This document shows, piece after piece, positions 14,090 through 26,474 of a stretch of 64,000 bases of DNA. The number at the start of each line of letters is the position of its first letter. Positions within the stretch are counted from its first letter, which is position 1. The DNA comes from Phoronis australis (Eukaryota > Animalia > Phoronida). The stretch spans positions 124,001 through 188,000 of the forward strand of contig NMRA01000089.1 of NCBI GenBank assembly GCA_002633005.1, written 5' to 3'. The position numbers and the translations under genes are program-made. The notes beneath the pieces were generated by a model. The model searched no databases. It was given only the letters and a program-made list of their open reading frames with translations, and was not told the DNA's origin.

Positions 14090-14410
14090 TCGTGCAAGCT
14101 AGTTCCGCAGAGCAGGCCGACAAGTTTATTTCTTCCTTTTCTCACGATTCGCCTCTGATTGGACCAGGCCGCTTTTTTGACGTCACGTGCAACGAGCTCA
14201 TTAGTTATGAGGATGTTTTGGATAAGGACGAGTTCCCTCCGAATAGCTTTTCCACGCCCATCAAAGGGGACAAAGTGGATTCTGGCTCCGTGATTGGCGA
14301 ACAAACCGAAGCTGATCACGATTTGTCGGACACAGCGTCAAAAACCAGCAAAGATGGAGAAAAGGAGGGCCCGGTCTACTGGATCGAAGTCGAAACGGGG
14401 AGTGCAGGAG
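14090..14410 (+). CDS. MIase-like protein exon 3 (VQASSAEQADKFISSF...VYWIEVETGSAG)
   Basis: cacttgtag| acceptor and G|GTGACA donor. Phase 1-1, 321 nt, open frame. Confidence 0.8.
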
Positions 14411-16009
14411 GTGACAATTTACAACTTAGTTGTTACTAAAATTTCATTAATTTTACACAAGTGCACCATCTATACTCTTGTTTAACATGGAAGTGTGCAA
14501 TTTTGAAATTGTTACTTCAAGTGGCAGTCATCGAAAGCTAGGAATCCTTTTGGAAAGATGCGTTCCTTACTTTATGGCATTTAGTTCGTATTTACAGTAA
14601 GGATACGAATATAGAATTTCAATTCTTTTGATTGAAATTGTCATTTCTTTATCTTGCACATACGATACATTAATCACTTTTTTAGACTTAAAATGTGTTT
14701 TACACTTTTTCTAACATCCAAATAGTGACTCGGAAAACAATAAATAAAGAATTTTGACTAGAAGTGAACTATGATTAATTAGCAGGTGCATTCTGTTAAA
14801 ACTCAGAAGATAATATGTAGTTTTTGTAAAAAAGAGAAGAAAATATTTTACATTTCAGTGTTTTAGGAGTGTGATATTGGGGACAGATATTTTAATGGAT
14901 TAAACACATTTTAGATATTGAAGGTAACATGTCTGTCAAAGACGTGCTGTTTGATTTTGTTAACCAGTCATTCAAAAATATCAAGTAAGCAACGTTATAT
15001 TTCATTTGACTAGAATTGTATGTATTGAAATAGATGTGATGGAGCTAAAGCTTTTCGAATAATTGACAAAAAAAAACACTTGTGATTAACATCTTCCTGA
15101 AACTGCTTTGAAGTGGTTATGTATAAAGTCCGTCATTAAACCTGTTGCTTTATTCACAGCGCCCTCTGCCTATTTACACTGAGCTTTATCTCCTTACGTT
15201 AACACTGTTTCGGTCGATCACTTTCCAATCAATGTTAGGTGTTACAGCGTTCTTAGAAGAACGAACACGGGTATCTGGTACCCTTATGATGGTCGTAAAT
15301 CAAATTGAATATTGAGTGCTTGACAATACTCACAAAATTGAATTCAAATGGAAGATGGTACTCTAGATTGGCAGGCACCGTCGTCTCTTACTTTCTCGAG
15401 AGATCTCAGTCGCTCTATTCTTTTATTTTGTTCAACACAAGGTCGACGGTGGGACGGTACGTAATCTCACTTGACATCTTTACCGCATGCCATTCTAAAA
15501 CGTCTTCTTAGCACTGAGGTGCTTTTTCGAGTTGGCTGTCAGGGACGTTTTTCTTCAATTTTCATTTCATCAAATACTTAGCTATCGCTTTATCGGTCAT
15601 ATTGGGTGCATTCATCAGCTCAGAATTATGTGAGAAATATCGAGACCAACTCTAATTATAATCTACATTCTATTTTATGATAAACAATGCAAAGAAACGC
15701 ATTCTAAAGGCATTTCCTTTAGTAATTGTTTATTTGTCGTGAAATATTATGGAATTAGATATGGTAGCTTTTTTGACTAATCCCGCTTTCCGTTAACTCA
15801 GTAGAATAGTCATTTCCTTTCTCCCTGTCAACGGCGATCAATTTTGGCATCTGTCTTTCGATATGTGAATGCTGGTCAATAGTGGCCCACTATAATCACA
15901 TTCTTAAACAGATGGTGCGACTACTAAAGCGGTTACACACTCGCCTTCGACCGTCAATTAGAAATTTATATTTTGCTTAACCCTCTTTCTCCTAGGAAAT
16001 TGATCTCAA

Positions 16010-16054
16010 CCATAGACATCAAGATGTAAACCATAGACATCAAGATGTCTATGG
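16010..16054. mobile_element. 45-bp micro-element with CCATAGACATC inverted termini and a 6-bp TSD (TCTCAA)
   Basis: tctcaa|ccatagacatcaagatgtaaaccatagacatcaagatgtctatgg|tctcaa. Confidence 0.7.
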
Positions 16055-16334
16055 TCTCAAACTTTTCTTTACGCTAATCGGAAAGACTTCTGCGCCAAGA
16101 AGGAAGTGGTAATTCGGTAGTACTTGAGACCATTCTTGATGCACAAACGACCCGCCGTGACATAACTGTCAGATCTTCGTAATTAAGGTTTGAGGTCGGG
16201 ATGTAATCACCGAGCTCGAAATAGAAATCAGTTTTAACATTTTCTGCTCTACCTAATACGAACTCAAAATAATTATCAATTATTCTGCGCTCGAGTTTAT
16301 TATGGTTTACGCAAATGACTGTCGAAACACTAAA

Positions 16335-17661
16335 TTTCGAGTTCAGGGTCATAAAGTGGAAAATAGGATTAGACATTGATCCACGTAAACCATACTTCAC
16401 TCGAGCACTGAAAAATAGACGATAATCTTGAATTTGTATAAAATTGGAACAGAAAATGTCAAAAATAATTTCGAATTTGATTTCCAGTAAAAAGATTAGA
16501 CCCTAGCTGGGCCAGGAATCACCTGTTATGTGACCAAGAGACAAGTTAACACCAGATTTGTACTGGGAAGTGCCCTAAATAAAAACTTTGTTTTTTCGCG
16601 AGGGATGAGTTTACAACCGCTCTTAAGCTAGTCTAATCACGTGCTTAGATTGTAATGCATGGCAATTTCTTAGGAAAACTTACGTGATATTAGGTCTATG
16701 GAACACAGTCTAGAATACTTCTTCTTACAGGAAATTCTTCCATGTTCTCCCAATTTGTCAAGAACGACGTAATAGAGGCGGAAAGGAAATTGACAACAGA
16801 TGGCGCCAAAGTTGAAGGCTACAAAGTAATTGGAGAAAAGAAGGTAGGCTACATTTAGGTTTTGAAGTTCAAAAAGAAAAATATTTTTGTAAAAATATTA
16901 CCATATAGTTGCAGTGTTATATTGCTTAAGTTTTCCAGTCGAATATACCTAGTGAAAATAGTCTTTTTGGATCCTATAGACCCCTGCAGTGTTTGGTNTT
17001 TCGAGTTCAGGGTCATAACGTGGAAAATAGGATTAGACATTGATCCACGTAAACCATAATTCTCTCGAGCACTGAATAATAGACGATAATCTTGAATTTG
17101 TATAAAATTGGAACAGAAAATGCCAAAAATAATTTCGAATTTGATTTCCAGTAAAAAGATTAGGCCCTAGCTGGGCCAGGAATCACCTTTTATGTGACCA
17201 AGAGGCAAGTTAACACCAGATTTGTACTGGGAAGTGCCCTAAATAAAAACTTTGTTTTTTCACGAGGGATGAGTTTACAACCGCTCTTAAGCTAGTCTAA
17301 TCACGTGCTTCGATTGTAATGCATGGCGATTTCTTAGGAAAACTTACGTGATATTAGGTCTATGGAACACAGTCTAGAATACTTCTTCTTACAGGAAATT
17401 CTTCCATGTTCTCCCAATTTGTCAAGAACGACGTAATAGAGGCGGAAAGGAAATTGACAACAGATGGCGCCAAAGTTGAAGGCTACAAAGTAATTGGAGA
17501 AAAGAAGGTAGGCTACATTTAGGTTTTGAAGTTCAAAAAGAAAAATATTTTTGTAAAAATATTACCATATAGTTGCAGTGTTATATTGCTTAAGTTTTCC
17601 AGTCGAATATACCTAGTGAAAATAGTCTTTTTGGATCCTATAGACCCCTGCAGTGTTTGGT
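16335..17661. repeat. Tandem duplication (~663 bp x2) joined by a single N at 16998; probable assembly overlap
   Basis: 16335-16997 is nearly identical to 16999-17661. It duplicates exon 4 of the MIase-like gene. Confidence 0.9.
16731..16843 (+). CDS. MIase-like protein exon 4 (GNSSMFSQFVKNDVIEAERKLTTDGAKVEGYKVIGEKK); identical copy at 17395-17507
   Basis: cttcttcttacag| acceptor and AAG|GTAGGC donor, phase 1 to 0. The KVIGE motif repeats KVVGE of domain 1. Confidence 0.8.
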
Positions 17662-17982
17662 TACAAGTGTATCCAAGTTGCTTTCCAGTTTCAAGAGTCA
17701 GTCACTTTTTTAGTCAAAATTTCATCAATATTGTAGAGCACCCAATTCATTTTAAAGTAACGAAAGTGAAAATAAGTTTCAGCGTGTACACATTCGTTGG
17801 CACGCAACCTATATAAACGTAAATAAGAAAGAGGCCATGAGATTGTTTCAAGAAAGGTCAGAAATTTCGTCTTCAAAGCAGTGTAATACTAAGACGTACA
17901 TAAAAATTAGTCCTTTATATTACATATGAGAATAGAATGTATTTCGTCATAAAACTTGTAATAAGAGTTCGTCTTTTTTCAG

Positions 17983-18108
17983 TTCCAATACTTTATTTCT
18001 GGTGTGGGTTTGAAGGATCTGGAGGTGGTTGTGGACTCCATGCCAATCATGAGCATGCCATCTTCCAAGCTATACTGCCGTAGAGTCAGCGAGATGAAAT
18101 TCAAGTAA
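17983..18108 (+). CDS. MIase-like protein terminal exon (FQYFISGVGLKDLEVVVDSMPIMSMPSSKLYCRRVSEMKFK*)
   Basis: cttttttcag| acceptor, phase 0, ending in TAA. AATAAA at 18535. Total CDS is 723 nt. Confidence 0.8.
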   Translation, partial: FQYFISGVGLKDLEVVVDSMPIMSMPSSKLYCRRVSEMKFK

Positions 18109-18605
18109 ATCCCGCGCATTTCTAACAAAACAAACGGTGCAGTTGTAACATGCCTTACCTTTTCCTTATTAGGCGTGACCGTAACGCACGTGTGATGGTA
18201 TTTAGTACACAGAAAAGAAGCGTATGTGCACCTTTTACTATAGTAAAGCGGTAGATTTTACATTTGAGGGTTTGTCTGTTTTTTCTGAATGGCTATATAG
18301 AAAGTGGTTAGATACTCACAGAAATATTTGCATGCTTGGCCACTTTGGTTTCTCACTTGAATTCTTCTGACAATTGTATTTTTTCTGGTAAAGTGGATGA
18401 AGCACATATGTAGTCTTGTAGACATGGAAATCAGTTTTGAAATACACCAACTACTCATATGCGATTGTAGATGCATTGAATATGAGCATGTGCTTAGCTT
18501 TTGCGGACAATTGTATGGTGTGGCTTGATTCAGCAATAAAACGTATCTTTTAAGTCAAATATATCCCAAGGCATAATATATTTATATGTATGCATGTACG
18601 TGTCT

Positions 18606-18617
18606 CTGTGTGCGTGC

Positions 18618-18658
<41 letters not shown>

Positions 18659-18673
18659 TGTGTGAGTGTGTGT
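18606..18673. repeat. (TG)n microsatellite
   Basis: Imperfect tgtg tract between two convergent genes. Confidence 0.95.
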
Positions 18674-19327
18674 ATTCAGGCTAAATCTTGCGAACAGTTT
18701 GCTCTACTTACAACATCTCTTTATTTCAGCCCAGCCAGAGAAGAAGATTCAAAACGCTCAAAAATTTTGTCAATGCAAGTTTATCCAATGTGTTCAGTTA
18801 TTCTTTATATCGTTTAAAATATTGCTTTTAGTTGTCTTGGGATAACGATCTTACGTGAATTTTTAAAACTTCTAACTGGAGATCCAGGTCGGTACATGCC
18901 GTCTGTCGATTTAGAAGCAATAGCCAACGGCAATGTCATTTTCGCAACTGCTTACTACGAAGTTGTAAATGTTGAGGGAAGGCCAGTAGATATAAATCTC
19001 GTTAGAGGAGACTGAAGGTGGTGAAGGAGCACAATCAAAACAAACTAAAACTTTTCAATGTAACTTTGTTATTCAAATTAACATACAAGTTTATAACTTC
19101 AATAAACGCAACATATATGAATGACAGTTTTATCCAGAAGTCATTAATAAGTTTAAGCATCTCACAAGGTAGGCCTACACAAAATTTGGCATTTGAAATT
19201 TCATAAACTTTTAGTTTAAAAGTATTAACACAAATAATCGCAACAAAACATGCTGCTTTTTAATTTAAAATAATTAAAATTGGAATTCACAACTAGTTAA
19301 AGAGCAAAACATCGAATGTTTCCTGAA

Positions 19328-20255
19328 TTAATCAGCGTTACTTCCGCATACGCACGCTCCCAGGGTCCATTCTCCTGCTCCATCGTACTCAGACGTGAAG
19401 TCTAAGGCCCCCATCTCGCTGTCTACCTGACCCCTGCACCTTTCGTAGAATCTTAACAAGAAAGCATCATCTTCCACGTAGTACGCAATGTGCTCGAAGA
19501 GACGTTTAACAGTGTCCTTTGGAAAGGTGATACCCTCGCACATTGCTGCTAGGTAGTCAAGACAACGTTGCACGCGCTCTTTCTCCATCTCCAAATTGTT
19601 GTTAATGGTTCTGTATGTGACTTCCTCTCTTTCCAAGAGCAATTTCCATGGACAGTAGAAATGAATGTGGGTACCGACGACAGTGTAAAGTTCGTTCAAC
19701 GTGAGATGCTTGTCAAATAGACTTGGCTCCGTCTTCATAAACTCCACGAAGGCGCTCCATGTTTTTCCAAGCTCTCGAGGACTGAACTGCCTCAACATAT
19801 CACCTACCTCTCCAGTTACGTCAGTCGACGTTCCTATGTCCCTCGACTTCTGGTCGTCAGCAGCTGCTCTGAGTGCCTCCTCGGCATCAGTCTTTTGAGG
19901 TGTCGTCTCTCGTTTCTCTGGCGTGGGGTCACTCTGTGCACCTTTGGATTCTTCTTGGACACCCTTCTCACCATCCTTGCTTTCACGGGTAGTAGTCTCA
20001 TCTCCATCTTTGTCCAAGTTTTCAGTCTGGAATTTCAACAAGTCTATTTCGTCAGAAATCGACGCACAGAATAGTCCAATCTGATCACTATTCAGGTTGG
20101 TTTCGGTGTTGTCCTTTTCTTTGCAAATCTCACAGTCCTCAACATGGGTACACGGGACGCTTAACGAATGAAATACGGCGTCAACGCGGTTGACGAAGTC
20201 GCCGAGATCAAGCTTTAACGAGGGTTCTTCAATGTTGCTGTACTTAGCGAAAAGC
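19328..20255 (-). CDS. Uncharacterised acidic protein, terminal exon
   Basis: ttcttacag| acceptor, phase 2, 928-nt open frame (LFAKYSNIEEPSLKLDLGDF...CVCGSNAD*). Confidence 0.8.
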
Positions 20256-20338
20256 CTGTAAGAACCAATGTACAGAGAATAATTATTTACATCAAAACTT
20301 CGTTATTTCTCAAAAAAAAACGAAAGACAAAAACTGAC

Positions 20339-20495
20339 CTGCAGCAAGCTATCAGGTGTTCAGGCAGCAAATCGTCTGTGTCTTCATCTCGAGCTTTCTC
20401 CTCCTTCGATGGACTTTTAATCGTCTCTCCTTCCTGGTTTTCAGTGTCGGCTTTCACAGCACCAGGTGCACCTTCTGCATCTCCAGAGTTTTCAG
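20339..20495 (-). CDS. Uncharacterised protein, internal exon (ENSGDAEG...HLIACC)
   Basis: ttttgccttgtag| acceptor and AG|GTCAGT donor, phase 1 to 2. Confidence 0.75.
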
Positions 20496-21302
20496 CTACA
20501 AGGCAAAACATAAAAACATTTAGCTACTGGGCAAGAACACGTTTATGTTATAGGGTATACAACTTCTTGCGCGATTATTTAGCTTGATAACTCAAGAAAA
20601 ATCCCAAGACTGGGTACTGATCAAGATGCTTACCTTTAGTTTGTCAACAGCAAATACGTGCCCATGCGTCTGTATCCGAAATTATACGTTTTTTAATCTA
20701 AATGTTTCACATATTAGTGAATTTGCCTGCACTTCACTTGTAGGCTATGTGACAATCCCTTACTTATGTATGTGCCTGTCTTAACAGGCTGCAGTTCCAG
20801 TCTTTTCACTTCAACGTCCGGGGGGGACAGCAACTTCGTTTTTCCTGTGTGGCTAGATATATCTCAAAGCAAGTGGCACATTTTCGTAAAAAACAGACTT
20901 CTATGCTTTTCAATTTAACGTTATATAGCAACAGGTGACGTTGTATACTGTTTCTCAGAAAGTGAGAAATTACCCAGCTACAAATAACTTAAAGGGGGAT
21001 TTTCGGCAAGAAAAACGATTTTACATAAATTAACAGTAGCGTGAAATGGAATCTACTAACTTTGCAACAGCGGTTTTCTCTGTTCTTATTACAGTTTATT
21101 TCATAATTAAGTATCAACGGAATACGCGTCTCCGTACGCCATTTTACAACCGATATGTTAAGGTTAACTCACATATTTGATAATTTTGCTATTGGTTTTA
21201 CCATTGAAGGTGGATGCGTCTGATTCCGAATCTGGACACAGGTTTACATACCAGTGCATGGTTCTAAATAGAGGCATATACGATAGTTACAAGAATTCAA
21301 AC

Positions 21303-21538
21303 CTTTGGAGAGATCTTTTTCGCCTTCTGCAATTGTCGGCGGCGCCTTGCCATCATCTCCACGACCATCTGGTTCATTCTCGTCTCCCCCAGCCTCCTTT
21401 TTTTCTTCGTCAGGCTTCTGCTCCTTAGGTGGTAGAAGTTGCCACAACGTTGTCGCAGAAGCTGTCAATAGGTCTCGCACTATCCAGGAAGGGTTTCGAC
21501 CAAGATGTTCACAACAGATGTGATTAAGAAGTCTCTTC
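21303..21538 (-). CDS. Uncharacterised protein, internal exon (KRLLNHICCEHLGRNPSW...DLSK)
   Basis: tttctatcacag| acceptor and G|GTTTGA donor, phase 2 to 1. Confidence 0.7.
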
Positions 21539-21696
21539 CTGTGATAGAAACAGGAAGTAATGACTGCACACTGTACTACTAGAATTTAAAGATAAGAACA
21601 ACATCATTATATTTATAAAAACAAGTAGTCACTTTTTAATTTCGACTTGTGTAGACAAAGTGTTAATTTATGGTGAATTTTGTATGGTGTATATAC

Positions 21697-21987
21697 CTGT
21701 CTAGAAGAGCGAATGAGCAGATCTTTGCGTACATGTAGATATAGAACATGGGCAAATATTTATTATCAGGTATCCCAGGTTTTGGGTTGCGTAAGTAGTT
21801 CTCGAATGCTTTGACGTCACTCATGAAGTTGAGAAAATTACGATGACATGATTCGTTCTTACATTCCATCAAGGTCAACTGATGGTGACTGTCCACGAGG
21901 CGATCAAATAGACCTAAGGGAATAGAGACATAGTAGTTGTGAGTCAAGGACTGGCAAACATCCAAAGTACTGCGAGACCACCACCAC
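21697..21987 (-). CDS. Uncharacterised protein, internal exon (WWWSRSTLDVCQ...FALLD)
   Basis: Open frame with AG|GTATAT donor (phase 2). The acceptor position is uncertain. Confidence 0.6.
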
Positions 21988-22456
21988 CTGTTCCCAACAT
22001 TCCGAATGAGACAGACATAATGTTAGATTACCTGCGTATTCTTTCACCACGAAAACATTCTTTCATTTTCGTAACGTCTCAGAAATATCCGCATTAATAT
22101 TTACACTGGTTTACTGTCAGGTCTGAAGAAGTGCTAAAATCATTTAAGATCACAGACAAATTCATCTTCAGTAACCCTGCCTCTTCTTTGTTGTCACAAT
22201 TTCCTCAGTTTTGTCCCCGGCGCTCACTAAATTGATAATTTTCGCACCGAACACGGGCGCTATCACTTTCGTCACTCCCAAACCTTTCGCTCCCGACTCA
22301 GTAAATTATTGCTACGAGGGCACGTACCACTTCCCTGGCTTCCGCAGTACCCTATATACCTATTACGACAGCCGCAATTCATTAGAAAGTCAGGTGACTG
22401 TGGATGCATTCATCAATTACTATTTAGCGGCGCAAGTCACAAGCAAAATAATGTAC

Positions 22457-22586
22457 CTTCCAAAGTGCTGCTTTTACTGGACTCAAAGATCTCATATATT
22501 CTCTGGCTCAAGGTATTTTCGTCGTCCTCTTCGCTATCTTCGTCGTCTGGAAATCCCTCATTGGAGTCGTCATCACCCGAACTCTC
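22457..22586 (-). CDS. Uncharacterised protein, acidic exon (ESSGDDDSNEGFPDDEDSEEDDENTL...)
   Basis: ttttgaaag| acceptor, phase 0, and G|GTACAT donor. The phase junction to the next exon is unresolved. Confidence 0.6.
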
Positions 22587-23906
22587 CTTTCAAAATGTCG
22601 ACATTGTTATTATTGGTAACAAACCGCCGTTACAAAACACCAAAAATATCTGGACAAAAGAAATGCAATACTAATGCACGTATTCTGGAGAGGCCTTAAA
22701 ATATTTGCGTCTCACTGCGAAAGTGCATACAGTTTACATATATCAAACATGTAAACTACTGCTTATGAGACATTCGAGAGACGTGTACGACGTAAATGCG
22801 TGGATAGGCCAAAACGGCACATGGAGGATTACGTACTAGTCATCGTGGACTTTTTAGAAAAGAAAAGCATATGGAAAACACATTAAACAAATTTTGATGA
22901 AAAAACGAGTAGCTGTTGAAGTGTTGTCAGAGGTAAACTTTGTGTAGGCCTACCATTACCTTTAAGAGCTCATTTTGTTTATGACCATCATCGTCGATTT
23001 TTCATTTTTTGAAATTTCTTAATTTATAATTTGCGTCCGTATATAGTGTTAGATGAAATGTTATCTTTTTTGACCTAATGATAAAGCTTTCTTGTGAAGT
23101 AACATAAAAAGTCTAAATTACATCTTATAGCAACAAATATTTTGATCACTACATGCGCGTACTGCAGATTCTAAGTCTTTGGAAAAGGATAACGTGTGAT
23201 TTGAGTTATTACTTTCAGTTACTAATTTATTCTAACAATTGAGAAATTTAAGCTCTAAAACCGCTAGAATGGAACAAAACTCACGGAGTAGGACCGACGT
23301 TTTTTATCAGGCAACATCCAACAAGACGCGATCACTGTAGTTGATGTCGTGCTTTTATATTCAAAGCTTGTAACTCAAGAGATTTAACACTCGGGATTAA
23401 ATATGTATCCTTTCCAAAAATGTAGCCGATTGGGCAAAAGCAATAATTACAACAAGAAACTTCTTTAAATTATTCGGTTCTGTCAATGTCAACGATAGGT
23501 CAGGTGTTTATGGTCTTTTGTGGGTGGGTAACCTAATCCTTCAAGTTATGTGGGAACCCTATGATGTACCATTTTGGGGAAAATTCTAGCATGACTAGGA
23601 TCTCAAGCCCTAGATTATATTCCCAGTCTAAATAACGTTACTTCAGGAGCTTAACTTTTGTGGAGTGTAGTGGGTGTGTCACTCCCGAAAAAAAATTGTC
23701 GATTTAGTTGAATAAAAGAAGAAAGGTTGGGGAAAGAAAGAAAGAACAGGTTGGACATTGAAACAAGAGTCCTTCTTAATTTTGCAAATGGTTTCACGTG
23801 GGTTTTTTGTCCATCTGCGATAAACTAGTCCATTTTTTAGTATTACCATGTATCAAAAAAATCTTAAATCAATGCCATTTCCATGCAGTTTTGTTTTCAT
23901 TTTTAC

Positions 23907-24018
23907 CTCATCCTGAAAATTTGTCAACAGGTGAAGAAGATGGGCGACTTTCACGGCCATTACCGTGGGATTCAATCTCGTGCCGATATAATCACGAATA
24001 TTTCTCACTCCAGTAAAT
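23907..24018 (-). CDS. Uncharacterised protein exon 3 (FTGVRNIRDYIGTRL...NFQDE)
   Basis: tttaaag| acceptor and GAG|GTAAAA donor, phase 2 to 0. Confidence 0.6.
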
Positions 24019-24771
24019 CTTTAAATTGGAGCGTTCATTTTTCTTAGACGTGCTCCAGACCCGGTCTCTCTTGGAACGAGGCGTTTATCTGAGACCGGGC
24101 GTTTGTTTATGTCGACACATGGTAAACGAAAAAAAAACGCCTTTGCCAATCGTAAGCTCCAAGGTAATATCGTGTTATTACACGATCTCGGACTAGATTT
24201 TCATTTGTTACTTTGTTTTTTCCTGACAGCATCCCCAAAGCATAGAGAGCCAGCCTCTATTAGAGGACGGGCTTCTATTTGAAACCTTCAGTGAACGATG
24301 GCCACCAGCTTCTACAGAGAGGTGCAATATTAGACTGGGTGGGCTATCATTTAAAGCTTTACGGTAGTTAAGTTCATATCAATCTCTTCAGTGAGCAGTT
24401 ACATAAAGCAACTGTCGTTAAAAATTGAAACTTTTTTCTAGCGTAACTCGGTTTGCCTTTAAAAACGAACTCGTCTGGGCTGTTTGCACTCTCGCGTGTT
24501 GGCTTTCAGTGAGTTCTAGGACATTAAGCCTATTAAAATGATGGTCATATGATATTAGACGCCTCTAAAAAGTAAAAATACTGCAGCGCTGTAGCTTTGC
24601 CACTGGTTAGACCCATATAGACCATAATTACGGGATATCTATGGTTTGAGTAGGTACATTGTCATACAGCGTGAGTGTAATACCCATTTTCGACACTGTT
24701 TTACCATATTTCCAGTTTGTACTAACTGTAGACGTTCTTTCGAAATCAATATCCAATGTAATAAAACATAC

Positions 24772-24797
24772 TCTCTTGAGGTTTTGAATGGTGTCAC
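24772..24797 (-). CDS. Uncharacterised protein exon 2 (26 nt, VTPFKTSR)
   Basis: ttttctcttag| acceptor and GA|GTATGT donor. Phase 0 to 2 bridges exons 1 and 3. Confidence 0.55.
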
Positions 24798-25652
24798 CTA
24801 AGAGAAAATCGATTGAGATGCTCACGAAAGTGTATATATCCACGATTGACACTGAATTATATTCAAAACAATTTAGACTATATCTCTGGGACCATATTTT
24901 TAGATGTCATTATAATTTGCAGACGGGTAATAATTTAACTAAAAAATAACCGAATAACTGATTGTTCACTAATTGAAAATATAAACTTCTCAATCGCCTG
25001 CTTCCTCGCTTCACTTTTACCACCCGCGTTCTATATGAGCACGTGAGGTTCATTAAACACGAAGGCACGCGCGTAGTTCAGACTGTTTGTATCCCGCTCC
25101 GATCTCCAACGCGCAGTCGGCTTCCCGACTACGGTTTTCTTGTTATATTTGAAAAGTCACGACTAGGTGTAGTTACTTTCGCATTTAAAAAGGTGGTAGA
25201 GATTGCACAAAACGCCGTTTGCGGGTCACCGGATATAAAGCGGGACATCTGAGCCTCTGTACGCCATAGGTGACCCGAAAAGCAGCATTTTTGTCGAACG
25301 GGAAAATGTGGATGCCGCAACTGCAGGAAACTCCCAAAAGTGTTTTTATTCGAATAGGCCAAAATAGGGATATATCGCGTGGTGAAAAACCAATTAGTCA
25401 ATTTCGACGGTCATTTTTTATTAGATGGTGTGCGAGACAAACCTTCGAAACAGCGAGACAGTTGGCAAGTAAGCTATGAATCCCGAGTCATCCAGTCTGC
25501 TAGGAACTAGCAAACACTCTAATGAAATTCACAATAACAGGCAAGACGGTTAAATACTTGGTTATTCAACAAAATCGTGAAGGTGTCGATTGTGAGTATA
25601 CACTGTCGATCGTACTGTGCTAGTATTATTATGAAATGGCCATAGGGACTAC

Positions 25653-25979
25653 CTCTATGGCGTCATCCTCGCCCGGCCCTTCGTCTTCAGCAGCAGTTGC
25701 ATTAACGTGCCCGTCAGAAACACCTTGTGGCACTTTAGTAGCTATCGCTGACTCCTCATCCACTCCATGCGATACGTCTGAATCCTCATTTTCATTTTTG
25801 AGCGGACGAGCTTGTTCGTTTTCAGCTTCGCTCGAGAGCTGTCGTCTGCGAGGACTGTCTCCAGCCCCTAAGTCAACCGTAATCTCCGACGGCTTGACGA
25901 CGGAGTCGGATTCTTTTGATCCAGCTTTAACAAGTTCGCCACCCATAAAACAGTCCTCAGATTTCAATTCATTTTCCAT
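25653..25979 (-). CDS. Uncharacterised protein, first coding exon (MENELKSEDC...DDAIE)
   Basis: ATG start, 109 acidic low-complexity codons, GAG|GTAGTC donor, CpG-rich surroundings. Confidence 0.65.
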
Positions 25980-26136
25980 GATTTGATGCAGCTTCCCCAA
26001 ATTTTGAGTTTTAATAATCGCATAAAACAATGCGTTCCGCTTGCACAGCGCGTGCGTGTCAAGCTGTGTCGCTTAGACTTTCCCGCGCTTTTATTCCCAT
26101 CACTTGGTGATGAAGTATCCCAAATCGAGATATCGG

Positions 26137-26474
26137 CAGGGGCGGATCCAGGATTTTGAGTTGGGGGGNNNNNNNNNNNNNNNNNNNNNNNNNNNNNNNN
26201 NNNNNNNNNNNNNNNNNNNNNNNNNNNNNNNNNNNNNNNNNNNNNNNNNNNNNNNNNNNNNNNNNNNNNNNNNNNNNNNNNNNNCGAATTTTTGGGTTTG
26301 TGGACCTTTTGACAAAACGGTAAACGGGGTTTCTTGAGGGCCTATGCATTGTTTATTCACCCCCCGAGGCCCCCTGATTGCGCGCATGTGCTAGTCAGCA
26401 ATTCGCACCCGAACTGCCACATGGTATCTGGTAAAATTTTAGGGGGGCCATGGCCCCCCCTAAATCCGCCACTA
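26137..26474. mobile_element. MITE with 5-bp TSD (ATCGG); contains the N gap 26169-26284
   Basis: atcgg|caggggcggatcca...taaatccgccacta|atcgg. Confidence 0.7.

Noticed and set aside
17395-17507. Apparent mutually exclusive duplicate of exon 4
   Set aside because: The exon sequence is identical and lies inside a duplication hinged on one N, so it is most likely an allelic overlap.
22211-22699. 162-aa and 121-aa + strand ORFs
   Set aside because: They are antisense shadows of the - strand gene, with no recognisable domain.
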